DNA of 64,000 nucleotides from an uncultured Candidatus Saccharibacteria bacterium (GTDB taxonomy: Bacteria > Patescibacteriota > Saccharimonadia > Saccharimonadales > JACDBH01). A program made the translations under genes and the position numbers. Where the stretch lies: positions 512,908-576,907 of the forward strand of contig OZ246417.1 in the NCBI GenBank assembly GCA_965231105.1, written 5' to 3'. Every line of letters begins with the position of its first letter. The first letter of the stretch is position 1. The notes under the pieces were generated by a model. That model worked only from the letters and a program-made list of their open reading frames with translations, was not told the DNA's origin and did no database searches. Of the stretch, positions 1 to 9,819 are shown in pieces.

Positions 1-32
1 TTAAGTCGTCGGAAAATTTCTGCAATACTCAT
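1..32 (-). CDS. N-terminal fragment of an unidentified gene that continues beyond the window edge
   Basis: ATG (rev-comp of 30-32) follows GGAGAAG (rev-comp of 36-42). It reads MSIAEIFRRL and is too short to name. Confidence 0.3.
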   Translation of the reverse strand, partial: MSIAEIFRRL

Positions 33-43
33 TTTCTTCTCCT

Positions 44-1402
44 TTATTCAATCACTATTGAGCCATTAGGTTGCGATGTACTCGATGCACCGGGTAGAGT
101 TGCTGTGGTCTGTGTTGCGCTACTGCCCGTGGTAGAGGCAGTGGTATTGCGCACCTGCGTGTTGTTTGACGCATCATCGTCATCATCTGCTTCACCACCT
201 GCGCCTGGACCTTGAATTGGTTCTGATGCAGGAACGCTTACTTCTGGACGTGTAGTTGTTGGTGCAACGGTCGTTGTGGTAGTCGTGGTGGTTGAAGTAG
301 AGGTAGCTGGAGGAGTTGTGTTACCTGTCGTTGTGGTAGGAGCAGGAGTCGTATTGCCAGTAGTAGTCGTTGGAGCTCCGGTTGTCTCGGTGCTTGCAGT
401 AGTGGTTGTGGTCGTTGGAGCAGGCACCATTTCGCAATCCTGACCTTCAGCGATACGCTGATCGTCGACATTGATCAGTAATTCCTTAATACATTCACCA
501 GTCTTAAGGGTAAGCTTAAAGACAAGGAACCTGCCCGTATACTGATTTGGATTTAGCTCAAATTCTGGAAGATCACCGACCTGTAAGGTTTGGTCTGGAA
601 TAAGACGGTAGTTAAGGATGGTGGTGATATTATCTTGTACGCCCTGATTATCAAAACGGCTCATAAGCTCAGCTAGCTTTTCTGCAAGCTCACGATGAGC
701 TTCATTGGCCTCACCAGCCTTTTCAGCTTCTGGTATAGTCACATGCGCATCGCCTAATGTTGGCACGAACTCTTTAGCCTTGTCATTGATGATATCTGCA
801 CCACCAACATAAGGCTGGAGCCATGGATTGAGATCAACAATTTTCGTTTCACCCATTTGCATGTTTGCGAAGTAGTGCGCAGCCATTGCTGTAACTTCTG
901 GCGACTCACACATAGTTGCATTAAATTCAGCGCCCAGAGCGTTCTTATCCTCCTGAGAAGAAGTCATTGGATTAGCGACTGCTTCAGAAGAAATACGATG
1001 GTCTTGATCGCGTACTGAACTGTCTGGCTGTAACAAAGTGACGGCTCTTGGAATAACAAGTTTATCGCCATTGCTTAAAGTACCGATTTCAATCGTATCA
1101 GTTGCGCCACCATCTTCAACACAGTCAAAAGATGTAGTGTCGATAGTAAGTAACTCTCTTAACTCATCAGCTGTATTAATGGTTGTAGTTGTAACTTGTT
1201 CACGGGTAGTGCTCGGACCTTCATCCATGGCTGGAGCTTCGTTCGCGGCAGCTTTGTTGGCAGGACTACTGTCACCATCCCATGCACTAGCAACTACCGC
1301 ACCCGTAAGTACGACACCTGCGATAGAACCCGCTACTATCTTGTTACGTGTCCAAAACTCACCTGCACCAAGAGGTCGGAGAGTTGGGTTTTCATTTGGC
1401 AT
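44..1402 (-). CDS. membrane-anchored extracellular protein with a Thr/Pro-rich C-terminal tail (function unknown)
   Basis: Track ORF is 44..1465; the likely start is Met22 (ATG at 1402, with GGGAG upstream). It has one N-terminal TM helix (IVAGSIAGVVLTGAVVASAW). The C-terminal ~125 aa are T/P/S-rich. Confidence 0.75.
   Translation of the reverse strand: MPNENPTLRPLGAGEFWTRNKIVAGSIAGVVLTGAVVASAWDGDSSPANKAAANEAPAMDEGPSTTREQVTTTTINTADELRELLTIDTTSFDCVEDGGATDTIEIGTLSNGDKLVIPRAVTLLQPDSSVRDQDHRISSEAVANPMTSSQEDKNALGAEFNATMCESPEVTAMAAHYFANMQMGETKIVDLNPWLQPYVGGADIINDKAKEFVPTLGDAHVTIPEAEKAGEANEAHRELAEKLAELMSRFDNQGVQDNITTILNYRLIPDQTLQVGDLPEFELNPNQYTGRFLVFKLTLKTGECIKELLINVDDQRIAEGQDCEMVPAPTTTTTTASTETTGAPTTTTGNTTPAPTTTTGNTTPPATSTSTTTTTTTTVAPTTTRPEVSVPASEPIQGPGAGGEADDDDDASNNTQVRNTTASTTGSSATQTTATLPGASSTSQPNGSIVIE
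47..424 (-). repeat. low-complexity Thr/Pro/Ser-rich coding region with a tandem 11-aa duplication (APTTTTGNTTP x2) and a poly-Asp run
   Basis: Read directly from the translation of the 3' end of the 44..1402 gene. Confidence 0.8.
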
Positions 1403-1576
1403 AAGCTTCTTTTCTCCCTTTACATTTGATAAGAACGTCCACCTATGTTCTACACCTCTGCCCACCCTTATAGAACATGGACAGTTTATGGGCCAATAGT
1501 ATCACACAATTAACAAATTGTCAATGTTTGTGCTTATGTTATACTGCCAGAGTATATACTTGGCTTATGCACAGTT

Positions 1577-3727
1577 TTATGATGTTTTTTTCACTTCTAA
1601 AGCTGCCAGAGGTAGGCTAAAGCCAAAAGTACTGCCCTTACCTTCTTCACTCTTAAAGATAATCACTCCGCCTTGCGCCACAATAACCTTTTTAGCCATA
1701 AAGAGACCGAGACCCGTTCCATCGGGGCGAGCTTTCTTTGCGTTACCGGCGCGATAGAACTTCGTAAAGAGGTGATGTTGTTCAGCTTTTGGTACCCCTA
1801 GACCATCGTCTACTACTTTAAACTCGACTGTTTTGTCTGTCTTAGAAAGTTCTACTTTGATATGCCCACCTGAAGGGGTGTAGTAAATAGCATTATCCAT
1901 AAAGTTCATCATCACTTGTCGAGTCTTTGTTTCGTCTAGATTTAAAGTTGGGAATTCGGCCGGCTTATCAAAAGTTAGCTGAAGATTGTGCGCTTTTGCA
2001 GACTCAAGCAGCTGTTGCATTTCAGTTTCCACTACTTCAGGAAGATATGTCGGTGTAGCCTCAATCACAAACTTGCCTGTCTGAAGCCTGGAAACATTCA
2101 GCAGATCGGCAATTAAATAGACCATGCGCTGTGAGCTTGTGAACGCCTGATTAAGTAACTCTTTTTGCTGGGCATTGATCTTCCCGGCATCACCTTCCAG
2201 CACCATACTGACATAGCCTTTTACAGAGGTAAGCGGCGTGCGAAGCTGGTGGGATGCCATGCTAATAAATTCGTCTTTAGCTTCATCGAGCGATTTCAAC
2301 TTTTCGTTGGTAGTTCTCAGCTCTTTGGTAGCTATATTGATTTTCTGTTCAAGCTCTTCGTTGAACTGCTGAATTCGATAGTACTGCAAGCTATTCTCTA
2401 GAGCCAGTGCAGCCTGAGCCGCAATTCGGGTTAATGCAGCCTTTTCGTCATCATATATAGGCCTGCCATCCGTCTTTTGGCCAACTAAAATGACACCCTT
2501 AAGAAGATCCCTATTCATAGCGAAACCAAACTGATATCCGTTTAGCGAAAACTTGGTGAGGTCAGCATTTTGCAAAATATCTTTATGAAAGTAACTTTTA
2601 AGAACATCTTTTACTTTCCGAGGATCCTCGACTTTATCCGGCAATGCAATGTACTTAATTTCCTGTGATTTACGATTGGTATTAATTGCAATTAATACAG
2701 AATCGAATAAGAATTCCTGCCTTAGGAACTTTGTTAAATTCTTTAAAACATCATCTGTATCAATTTTACGGAGAATTTCCTGCAAATTTTTATCAGCACG
2801 GCTTTCATCTTTCCTGGGGTTAGCGTCAAGCGCATTAAGCACCATGTCTGTAAGTAATCGCGATAAACGATACGCGATGAGGGCTACAACAAAGATAACC
2901 GCTATGAAGTAACTGCTGGAAGGTCGTAATACTGCAGCAATCGTAATACCCAATAAGACGGCAATGAGAGTATACGCAATTGAAAAAATTCCTCCGTAGA
3001 TAACGACTTTGAAGAAAAATTTTCTAAAGTTAAATAACTTCAAAGAGAATACTGCGTATCCAGTAGTAAGGGTAAATATGGCAGGCGCAAGCGCAACCGC
3101 AAGATTAGCAACAATAGTGCTGTCGAGTGCGACAATCGAGAAAAGATAGTTGCCGGAAAAAGCAAAAATAGATGTTAGTACCATTCCCCGAGATACATAC
3201 CGTGCCTGTTTGGATTCATCTTTATCACGGTTTCTCGCTTTGTGTGCATATCTCTCTAAGCTCACCACTCCCTGTATGATAAAAACAATGGGCACAAGGG
3301 TTAGAAAGGTATATATAAATGAGTCGAACTGATAATTTACAATCCCATCTGTAACGCTTATCTCTGCAAAACTAACTAGGAAGGCAAGAGCTGTCGCCCC
3401 AAGCGCCAATAAGGCCTCGGAAGAAGCTTGAAGAAAGCTAATCTTTTTATGTATAAGTTCTCTACTAAAAATAAGGAAGAAGTAGGCCACCCATATGGTG
3501 GCAAAAACGGCCGTTTTAAGCACTTTTTGCTGATGAGCTATTTCTAGCGAAGTGTCATAAGCGTACTGGCACAAACACCAAAAGGCTATGGTACCTCCCA
3601 GCAAATAAAACTTTTGTCTTAGGGAGCGTTTCGCTGAATTTAGGTCACCTTTTGAGGCATTGTAAATGATCGCACAGAAAGCTATCTGAGTTAAAGCAGA
3701 TACAGAAAACAGGATAAAGTTTTGCAT
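1577..3727 (-). CDS. sensor histidine kinase with a multi-pass membrane N-terminus
   Basis: HisKA H-box MASHQLRTPLTS. HATPase_c motifs NAIYYT, DDGLGVP, GTGLGL. About 8 predicted TM helices at the N-terminus. SD AGGAAAG lies upstream of the ATG. Confidence 0.9.
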   Translation of the reverse strand: MQNFILFSVSALTQIAFCAIIYNASKGDLNSAKRSLRQKFYLLGGTIAFWCLCQYAYDTSLEIAHQQKVLKTAVFATIWVAYFFLIFSRELIHKKISFLQASSEALLALGATALAFLVSFAEISVTDGIVNYQFDSFIYTFLTLVPIVFIIQGVVSLERYAHKARNRDKDESKQARYVSRGMVLTSIFAFSGNYLFSIVALDSTIVANLAVALAPAIFTLTTGYAVFSLKLFNFRKFFFKVVIYGGIFSIAYTLIAVLLGITIAAVLRPSSSYFIAVIFVVALIAYRLSRLLTDMVLNALDANPRKDESRADKNLQEILRKIDTDDVLKNLTKFLRQEFLFDSVLIAINTNRKSQEIKYIALPDKVEDPRKVKDVLKSYFHKDILQNADLTKFSLNGYQFGFAMNRDLLKGVILVGQKTDGRPIYDDEKAALTRIAAQAALALENSLQYYRIQQFNEELEQKINIATKELRTTNEKLKSLDEAKDEFISMASHQLRTPLTSVKGYVSMVLEGDAGKINAQQKELLNQAFTSSQRMVYLIADLLNVSRLQTGKFVIEATPTYLPEVVETEMQQLLESAKAHNLQLTFDKPAEFPTLNLDETKTRQVMMNFMDNAIYYTPSGGHIKVELSKTDKTVEFKVVDDGLGVPKAEQHHLFTKFYRAGNAKKARPDGTGLGLFMAKKVIVAQGGVIIFKSEEGKGSTFGFSLPLAALEVKKTS

Positions 3728-3820
3728 ACTTCTTTCCTATAAGACTACCATTCTCTGTAACAAAATGCTTGTACTTTTTGCCTAAATACAGCACAATACC
3801 ATCAGAATTAAAAAATAAAA

Positions 3821-4750
3821 ATGAATACAACTGTATTAAGTAAAATCTCTGTTAACACTTTGTCTAATCTGACAAGCGTAAGAGGAGTGCTTGATCCTTT
3901 TTGTTCTTTCCTTCATCCATCAATCGTTGCTCTTTGGTATAACGATAAAAACCAGGCCCTCTATCTCCCAACGGATAGGTATGTACTAGGCAAGCTTTTC
4001 CCTATAAAAGAAGAGCCTTTTTGGTCCCTTGCATCTAAAACGCCTCTTGGTAGCCCTGATCTGGAAGAGGCCATAAAAACGATTCAAGAAACCGACAGAT
4101 CAGCAACATCAATAGAAGTAATACCCAAAAACTCTCTTGCTAATGCCTCAGGAAAACTGAATTCCCTAGAAGTGCAAGATGTAGATGAAAAGTTTTCAGA
4201 CTATATTTATGATCTAAAAATAACCACTGCCTGCCTTGGAGGGCAGTACGAGGATATGCGACGTCATGTACGTCGCTTTTTTAATTTATACGGCAAATAC
4301 ACCAAGCTAGAAATCTATGAAGGATGGGAGTATGTACGAAAGTACAAAAAACATGCCTACCATCTTTTTGAAGATTGGACACATTATTCAACCGAAGGTT
4401 CCAGAGACTATACGCAAGAGGAGCATGCATTTGATACTTTCTTCCAGAAGGATCTAAAGAATATCTTTGGCGATATCTACATCGTCATACTCAGGTACAA
4501 AAATAAAGTGGTCGCATACTCCATCAATGAAAAGATAGATAATTCTACTGTCATGAACCATTTTCATAAAGCAAACCTTAACCTCAGCAGCATAAGTCAC
4601 TACATGTTTTATTCGTGCTCAATGTTGCTAGCCCAAAAAGGTTTCCATTATTTGAACTTCCAGGAAGATTGCGGAATTGTAGGACTGCGAGCATTCAAAA
4701 AGAAAATGCGTCCCGCAACTCTTACCGAGCTCCTTAGCGTATCATTCTAA
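3821..4750 (+). CDS. DUF2156-like protein (similar to the phosphatidylglycerol lysyltransferase C-terminal domain; GNAT-like fold)
   Basis: 309 aa. The SDYIYDL..L.G..Y...RRHVRRF segment and the C-terminal GLRAFKKKMRP resemble the DUF2156/LPG_synthase_C pattern. This assignment is from memory of the family, not from a search. Confidence 0.5.
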   Translation: MNTTVLSKISVNTLSNLTSVRGVLDPFCSFLHPSIVALWYNDKNQALYLPTDRYVLGKLFPIKEEPFWSLASKTPLGSPDLEEAIKTIQETDRSATSIEVIPKNSLANASGKLNSLEVQDVDEKFSDYIYDLKITTACLGGQYEDMRRHVRRFFNLYGKYTKLEIYEGWEYVRKYKKHAYHLFEDWTHYSTEGSRDYTQEEHAFDTFFQKDLKNIFGDIYIVILRYKNKVVAYSINEKIDNSTVMNHFHKANLNLSSISHYMFYSCSMLLAQKGFHYLNFQEDCGIVGLRAFKKKMRPATLTELLSVSF

Positions 4751-5868
4751 GACTGAGCTTGCTGTTGCGAAAGATACGTAGCTTCGATTATTGTTTCTCG
4801 ACGCTGAAAACCAATCTTTGATAATGCCCTATTTATAACTTTAGGAGTATAGATAATTGACGCAGCGCTTGATTCGCAAAATACATATACAGTGTCGGCT
4901 TGAGTTCTGTAGAGTGTTTCCTGCCCTGCTAAAGCTACCGTCTTAGCGAACATTCCATAACCCTTAGCCTTCGAGGTGATAACGAGGGGAACCGCAAGCG
5001 CTTTATTAGAGGCATCATCGTTGAGGATTTGAGAAAATGCAGAGGGGTTTGCCCATGGCAATGTAGAAGTGTCTGGAACATCAGGGGAAAAAACCGCAAA
5101 CATTATAGCTTCACCAGTCTGACCATCAAAGCCGGCTACAGAGATAAAGTTTTCGTTATTAATTACCTCCCTCAATCCCTCTTCATGGAGCCCACCATAA
5201 TATCCCATTTGTGCTGCCTGCTCTGTAAATACCGATTCATGGAGTTTGATTAACTCTGGCAGTTTCTCGCGTATCTTTTCCTGGGATGTAGTAATTATAT
5301 GACCACCTTCTAAGATTACATCTACGGCAGGTGATGCTTTTAAATCATGGCAGTCGGCGGTGTCATACTCACTCAAAACGGTATATTCTGGAATACCATT
5401 TCCAATCAGCTCCTCGCCCTCAGGTAATCCCTGTACTAGTTCTTGGGTAATTTTTGCCGCCGATCCAGGAAGAGGGCGCATAACCAGTTCTTCTGCGAGT
5501 TCACCAGAAAGTAAGGTCTGCTTCGTAACTATAATTCCTTCTTTCTGCACGCCCATTTCATCAAGCAAACCCTCTGGCAGTATGGCAATCTGCTGCTGTG
5601 CTGCCACAACTTCTTCGTTAAAAGGGAATCCAAGTGTTTCGTTGGTAGCACTTATTGGTAACCGAGAAGATTCCTCTCCTGCCTCTTTAACCACGCGATC
5701 AAAAATATAAGGATCATCTATCCCGACTCGCATGAAACCGCTATACATATCGCACATGTTTCTATATTGCTCGAAACTTTTTGATGTTCCCGCGTCCAGC
5801 TCTACCATGTCCTGCTCTAGTGGCAGCGCATCCTCTGACTGATTGGGTTGCATTTCAACTTGAGTCAT
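4747..5868 (-). CDS. hypothetical protein, possibly with a GNAT-like C-terminal half
   Basis: A long intact 373-aa ORF with no clear motif. Its 3' end overlaps the convergent DUF2156-like gene by 4 nt. Confidence 0.6.
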   Translation of the reverse strand: MTQVEMQPNQSEDALPLEQDMVELDAGTSKSFEQYRNMCDMYSGFMRVGIDDPYIFDRVVKEAGEESSRLPISATNETLGFPFNEEVVAAQQQIAILPEGLLDEMGVQKEGIIVTKQTLLSGELAEELVMRPLPGSAAKITQELVQGLPEGEELIGNGIPEYTVLSEYDTADCHDLKASPAVDVILEGGHIITTSQEKIREKLPELIKLHESVFTEQAAQMGYYGGLHEEGLREVINNENFISVAGFDGQTGEAIMFAVFSPDVPDTSTLPWANPSAFSQILNDDASNKALAVPLVITSKAKGYGMFAKTVALAGQETLYRTQADTVYVFCESSAASIIYTPKVINRALSKIGFQRRETIIEATYLSQQQAQS

Positions 5869-5924
5869 TTGACGCTATATTATATATATTTTTTAGTTAT
5901 TTGTCAAGCTTAAGCATAAACTTA

Positions 5925-5953
5925 TTTACTATATTGTTATTTCATGTTATAAT
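5925..5953 (+). promoter_or_regulatory. sigma70-type promoter; a leaderless transcript is predicted for the 5960 gene
   Basis: TTTACT(5925)-N17-TGtTATAAT(5948-5953), then exactly 6 nt to the ATG at 5960. No SD is present. Confidence 0.5.
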
Positions 5954-5959
5954 AACCAT

Positions 5960-6778
5960 ATGGCTCAAGAATTTGATCCTATATCTCCAGGGGTAGTACC
6001 TCTGGAATCTCAAGTTTCGGATGTGCTACCCGAAGCAAATTCCTCATTGCCCGAGCAGGAAAACGGCCTCCGATTTCGAATTGCTGAACTGTGGGGCTCT
6101 ATTAAAAATGATTATCATGAAGCAGACCGAAGCGAAAAAGTACTTATGCTTTCAGCTGCTGCATTCCAGGTATGGAACCAGTCACGATTACAACAGGCCG
6201 TAACTATTCCTGCAGCTCTTGGCATATATGAAGCAACGGGCTATAACGAATGGGTAGCGGGAACTTCATTTGCAGCCTTAAACTATGTACAGCAATTTGG
6301 CGCAGCAGCTACGCTTGGTGCAGCCGCACGTTCATTTCCAGAATCTTTAGAAACTTTTGAAAACAACTTCCCTGCAGTGCACGAGACTGCGCAGAAAATA
6401 GAAGAGAAAACCTCTGGATATATTCCTTCTTTGGTTAATCAAACTGTGACTGGCCAAGGCTTAGGTGCCGGTCCATATGTAATGACCGAAGTGTTATCAA
6501 ACCCGAAAGGCAGCACTCGTACTACTGTTAAACTTGCCGAAAAAGTCTCCCGGCGTATCGGCATCGGATCCGGACTTATTGGTGTAGGGGTGATGAGGCT
6601 TGTAGAAGAATACCCTAGCAACGACACCGTTCAGAGAGTAGCTGGTCATGCTCAGAATCCTTTAACCTGGATAGCCCTCGGTGCGGCAATGTACGTACCA
6701 AGTATGGTTGCAGGTGGCGCGAAAGCTTTGATGCGTCGAATGCGCAAGCATGATGAGTCTGTAGACTCGACAACATAA
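5960..6778 (+). CDS. hypothetical membrane protein
   Basis: 272-aa ORF with hydrophobic Gly/Ala-rich segments and no recognised domain. Confidence 0.6.
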   Translation: MAQEFDPISPGVVPLESQVSDVLPEANSSLPEQENGLRFRIAELWGSIKNDYHEADRSEKVLMLSAAAFQVWNQSRLQQAVTIPAALGIYEATGYNEWVAGTSFAALNYVQQFGAAATLGAAARSFPESLETFENNFPAVHETAQKIEEKTSGYIPSLVNQTVTGQGLGAGPYVMTEVLSNPKGSTRTTVKLAEKVSRRIGIGSGLIGVGVMRLVEEYPSNDTVQRVAGHAQNPLTWIALGAAMYVPSMVAGGAKALMRRMRKHDESVDSTT

Positions 6779-6793
6779 AATTCTTCCCGCCTA

Positions 6794-6802
6794 TGCTATG
6801 AT
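6794..6802 (+). promoter_or_regulatory. extended -10 element positioned for a leaderless start
   Basis: TGcTATGAT, then 6 nt to the ATG at 6809. Confidence 0.4.
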
Positions 6803-6808
6803 GAATTC

Positions 6809-7177
6809 ATGGCAACTAAAATCGCAATTGTAGAAGATGACCTCGCGATATCACAGATGTATCGCCTTAAGTTTGAAGCCGAAGGGTTTCAAGTTCAAAG
6901 CGCAGAAAACGGCAAACTCGGCCTCGAATTAATTCAGACTTTTCAGCCAGATATTGTACTGCTTGATCTTATGATGCCCGAGATGAACGGTGATCAAGTC
7001 CTTGCAACAATGCGAAAAACTGATTGGGGCAAAGACATTAAAGTCATTATTCTTACTAACATGGGCGAACAAGAAGCTCCAGAAATTTTGAAACAACTGA
7101 ATGTCAGCGCCTTCATTGTGAAGGCAGATATGACCCCTCGCCAAGTTGCTGAACTTGTAAAAAGTAAACTTAATTAA
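6809..7177 (+). CDS. stand-alone response regulator receiver (CheY-like) protein
   Basis: 122 aa. Acidic pocket EDD near the N-terminus, phospho-acceptor context VLLDLMMP, conserved T (ILTN) and K (VKAD). There is no output domain. Confidence 0.9.
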   Translation: MATKIAIVEDDLAISQMYRLKFEAEGFQVQSAENGKLGLELIQTFQPDIVLLDLMMPEMNGDQVLATMRKTDWGKDIKVIILTNMGEQEAPEILKQLNVSAFIVKADMTPRQVAELVKSKLN

Positions 7178-7198
7178 CAGTTAGGTTACAATATCCGT

Positions 7199-8551
7199 AT
7201 GAATCCTGAGGTTTTCACCTACCATGCCTTTCAAATCGGGGCAGATGGGCAAACCGTAGATTTTACGTATTCTGTTGATCATGCGGGAGAACATCATACA
7301 TTCACTGAACAACTTCGATTTCCTCTTGCCTTAACACCAACCTACGAAACTCAAGCCGTACTCCGGGCCCTTCATATTGCCCTTGGCATTAGTTATTACA
7401 AGCTCTTTTTGACTCCACAGATAAAACACCCTTATAGCCTTAGTAATGAAGCAGCACATTTCTGGAACAAAGTATGGGAAAACGGCTTAAGCGAGTTTTT
7501 ATACACCAATAAATTAAGTAGCGATAAGCTTGCTCAGTTTACCGCTCAAGAAGGAACCAGTCCCACCGGCGATAAAACCAATACATGGGCAGATAAAGCA
7601 CTCCTTGGTATAGGCGGAGGTAAAGATTCGATTGTGGGTGGAGAACTGCTCAAACAGTCCGTGGTAGCAATTGAAGGTTTCGTGATGGCTACAGGTGAGC
7701 AGTTAGGGCAGACTAAAGCAGTCGCTGATACAATGGGAATTCCTCTTCATGCGATCGAACGACGCATTGATCCAAAACTTATAGATCTTACGAAGCGATC
7801 CGATGCCTATAAGGGCCACATTCCTATCTCCCTCATTTTTGGGTTAGTGGGAGCACTACTTGCAGTAGCTCATAGTGCTCGGTTTGTCATCGTCGCCAAT
7901 GAGGCCAGTGCCAGCACGCCACGCATAGATTGGAATGGACAGGCAGTAAATCATCAGTGGAGCAAATCATTTGAAGCAGAAAAACTCATACAGACCTATC
8001 TCCATCAAAATGTCTCTTCAGATCTTACCTACTTTAGTGCCATACGACCTCTGAACTCAGTGGTGATTGCAAAGATTTTTGCACAGTATTCGCAATATTT
8101 CGAAAAGTTCACGAGCGATAACTTTGTGTTCCGCGTGGATCCAAGCAAGCGACCTGAGGGACGCTGGGGATTAGAAAGCCCCAAATCATTAAGTAGCTTT
8201 ATCCTTTTAGCTCCATGGCTCAGTGAGGACGATTTACTTAAGATCTTCGGCAGGAATTTCTTAGATGAAAAGCACCTTGAAGATCTTTTTTTGCGACTCG
8301 TTGGCAAAAAAGATCATCCACCTTTAGATTGTGTCGGCACGGTCGATGAGCTCAAAGCTTCTCTTAACTCAACGATACAGCAAGGAAAGTTTATTGATTC
8401 CCATTTAGTAAAGATGGTGCTGGAAGATGAATTTGTAAGTCCTGATAAGCCAACCGTCGAGAAGTTTCTTGATCTCGAGAGTGAAGAAGCATTTCCACCT
8501 TCCTTACGAGAAAAACTTATCAAAACCATGAGTAAAGGCATTACTTCATGA
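7199..8551 (+). CDS. PP-loop-like ATP-utilising protein; candidate MurL-type UDP-MurNAc-L-Ala-L-Glu epimerase
   Basis: 450 aa with LGIGGGKDS (an SGGxDS-like PP-loop). Its stop overlaps the murD start (ATGA), so the two are translationally coupled. The function is inferred from context. Confidence 0.4.
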   Translation: MNPEVFTYHAFQIGADGQTVDFTYSVDHAGEHHTFTEQLRFPLALTPTYETQAVLRALHIALGISYYKLFLTPQIKHPYSLSNEAAHFWNKVWENGLSEFLYTNKLSSDKLAQFTAQEGTSPTGDKTNTWADKALLGIGGGKDSIVGGELLKQSVVAIEGFVMATGEQLGQTKAVADTMGIPLHAIERRIDPKLIDLTKRSDAYKGHIPISLIFGLVGALLAVAHSARFVIVANEASASTPRIDWNGQAVNHQWSKSFEAEKLIQTYLHQNVSSDLTYFSAIRPLNSVVIAKIFAQYSQYFEKFTSDNFVFRVDPSKRPEGRWGLESPKSLSSFILLAPWLSEDDLLKIFGRNFLDEKHLEDLFLRLVGKKDHPPLDCVGTVDELKASLNSTIQQGKFIDSHLVKMVLEDEFVSPDKPTVEKFLDLESEEAFPPSLREKLIKTMSKGITS

Positions 8552-9819
8552 ACTGGCCATTAGAGCAATTTAAAGGCAAGTCTGTGGTGTTTGTAGGTGT
8601 TGGACAAGGTCGATCTATGACCGGGTTTAAATCGTTTATTACGCCACATGGTGATATCAAAGATTTTGAAGGTGTCGATAAGCACGAAGGGTCGGATCCT
8701 CTTGGCTTTCTGAAAGAGTACAACCAGGCCACCACTATATTTATTAAGAACGAGGCCATTCCACCAGATGAAATGCCCGTACCCTATGTAACTCCTATGA
8801 ACGTATTCTTTAGTTGTGTTAAAGCCCTCGGCGCACAAACGGTAGGCATTACCGGCACAAAAGGCAAAAGCACTACTGCCGCTCTCGCAGCTGCCATGCT
8901 TCAAATGGACGGACGTCATGTAGTCTTAGGCGGTAACATTGGCGAATTTGGGGAATCACTTTTTGAGCATCTAGATGATGCCACGAAAGAAACCATCTTC
9001 GTTATTGAACTTTCAAGCTACCAACTTGCGGACATAGAACATAGTCCGCATGTGTCTGCCTGTATCAACCTTTATAACGATCATTCCGATTGGCACGGGT
9101 CTAAACAAGATTACTGGCACGCAAAGAAAAATATTATTGCTTATGCCCAAGCCGATGATCTTTTTATCTATAATCCGACCTTTCCTGAGTTACAGCAATG
9201 GGCAGAAACCGCGCTATGTAGAACGCAAGCGATCGACATCAATGAAGATATTGATATGGAAAACACCGTACTATACGGAGAACATAACCGTCTCAATGCC
9301 CTAGTTGCCCGTGCAGTGGCCCGTGAATTTAACGTTACTGATAATGCTAGCCAGAAGGCACTCGACATGTTTAAGCCGCTCCCCCACCGCATGGAATTTA
9401 TCCTCGAGAAGAATGGGCATATATATATCGACGACGCAATTGGCATGACCCCCGAATCAACAACTGCAAGCTTACAAGCGGTAGCCGCACGATATGGTCA
9501 GGTAGGCTGCTTACTTTTAGGCGGGCAGGACCGAGACTATGACTTTACGGAACTGTTTAAAGTTATTGCTCAGCACGGCATTCCAACCCTTGTGCTTTTT
9601 CCCGACACGGTAGAGAAGATGAAAGCCGCTATTCCTTCAAACTACGAACCAGAGATTTTTGAAGCAAAGAATATGGAAGAGGGCGTTAAGTGGGCTAGCG
9701 AGCATGCGCCAGATAACAGCGTTATTCTTTTAAGCACCGCTGCACCGAGTTATTCGCTTTGGAAAAAGGGCTTTGTTGAAAAAGGTGAAAAGTTTGTAGA
9801 AGCCGCCGAGGCTCTGTAG
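8548..9819 (+). CDS. murD: UDP-N-acetylmuramoyl-L-alanine--glutamate ligase (MurD family; possibly the MurD2 type)
   Basis: Mur ligase P-loop GITGTKGKSTT, N-terminal Rossmann-like VVFVGVGQGRS, 423 aa. Confidence 0.85.
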   Translation: MNWPLEQFKGKSVVFVGVGQGRSMTGFKSFITPHGDIKDFEGVDKHEGSDPLGFLKEYNQATTIFIKNEAIPPDEMPVPYVTPMNVFFSCVKALGAQTVGITGTKGKSTTAALAAAMLQMDGRHVVLGGNIGEFGESLFEHLDDATKETIFVIELSSYQLADIEHSPHVSACINLYNDHSDWHGSKQDYWHAKKNIIAYAQADDLFIYNPTFPELQQWAETALCRTQAIDINEDIDMENTVLYGEHNRLNALVARAVAREFNVTDNASQKALDMFKPLPHRMEFILEKNGHIYIDDAIGMTPESTTASLQAVAARYGQVGCLLLGGQDRDYDFTELFKVIAQHGIPTLVLFPDTVEKMKAAIPSNYEPEIFEAKNMEEGVKWASEHAPDNSVILLSTAAPSYSLWKKGFVEKGEKFVEAAEAL

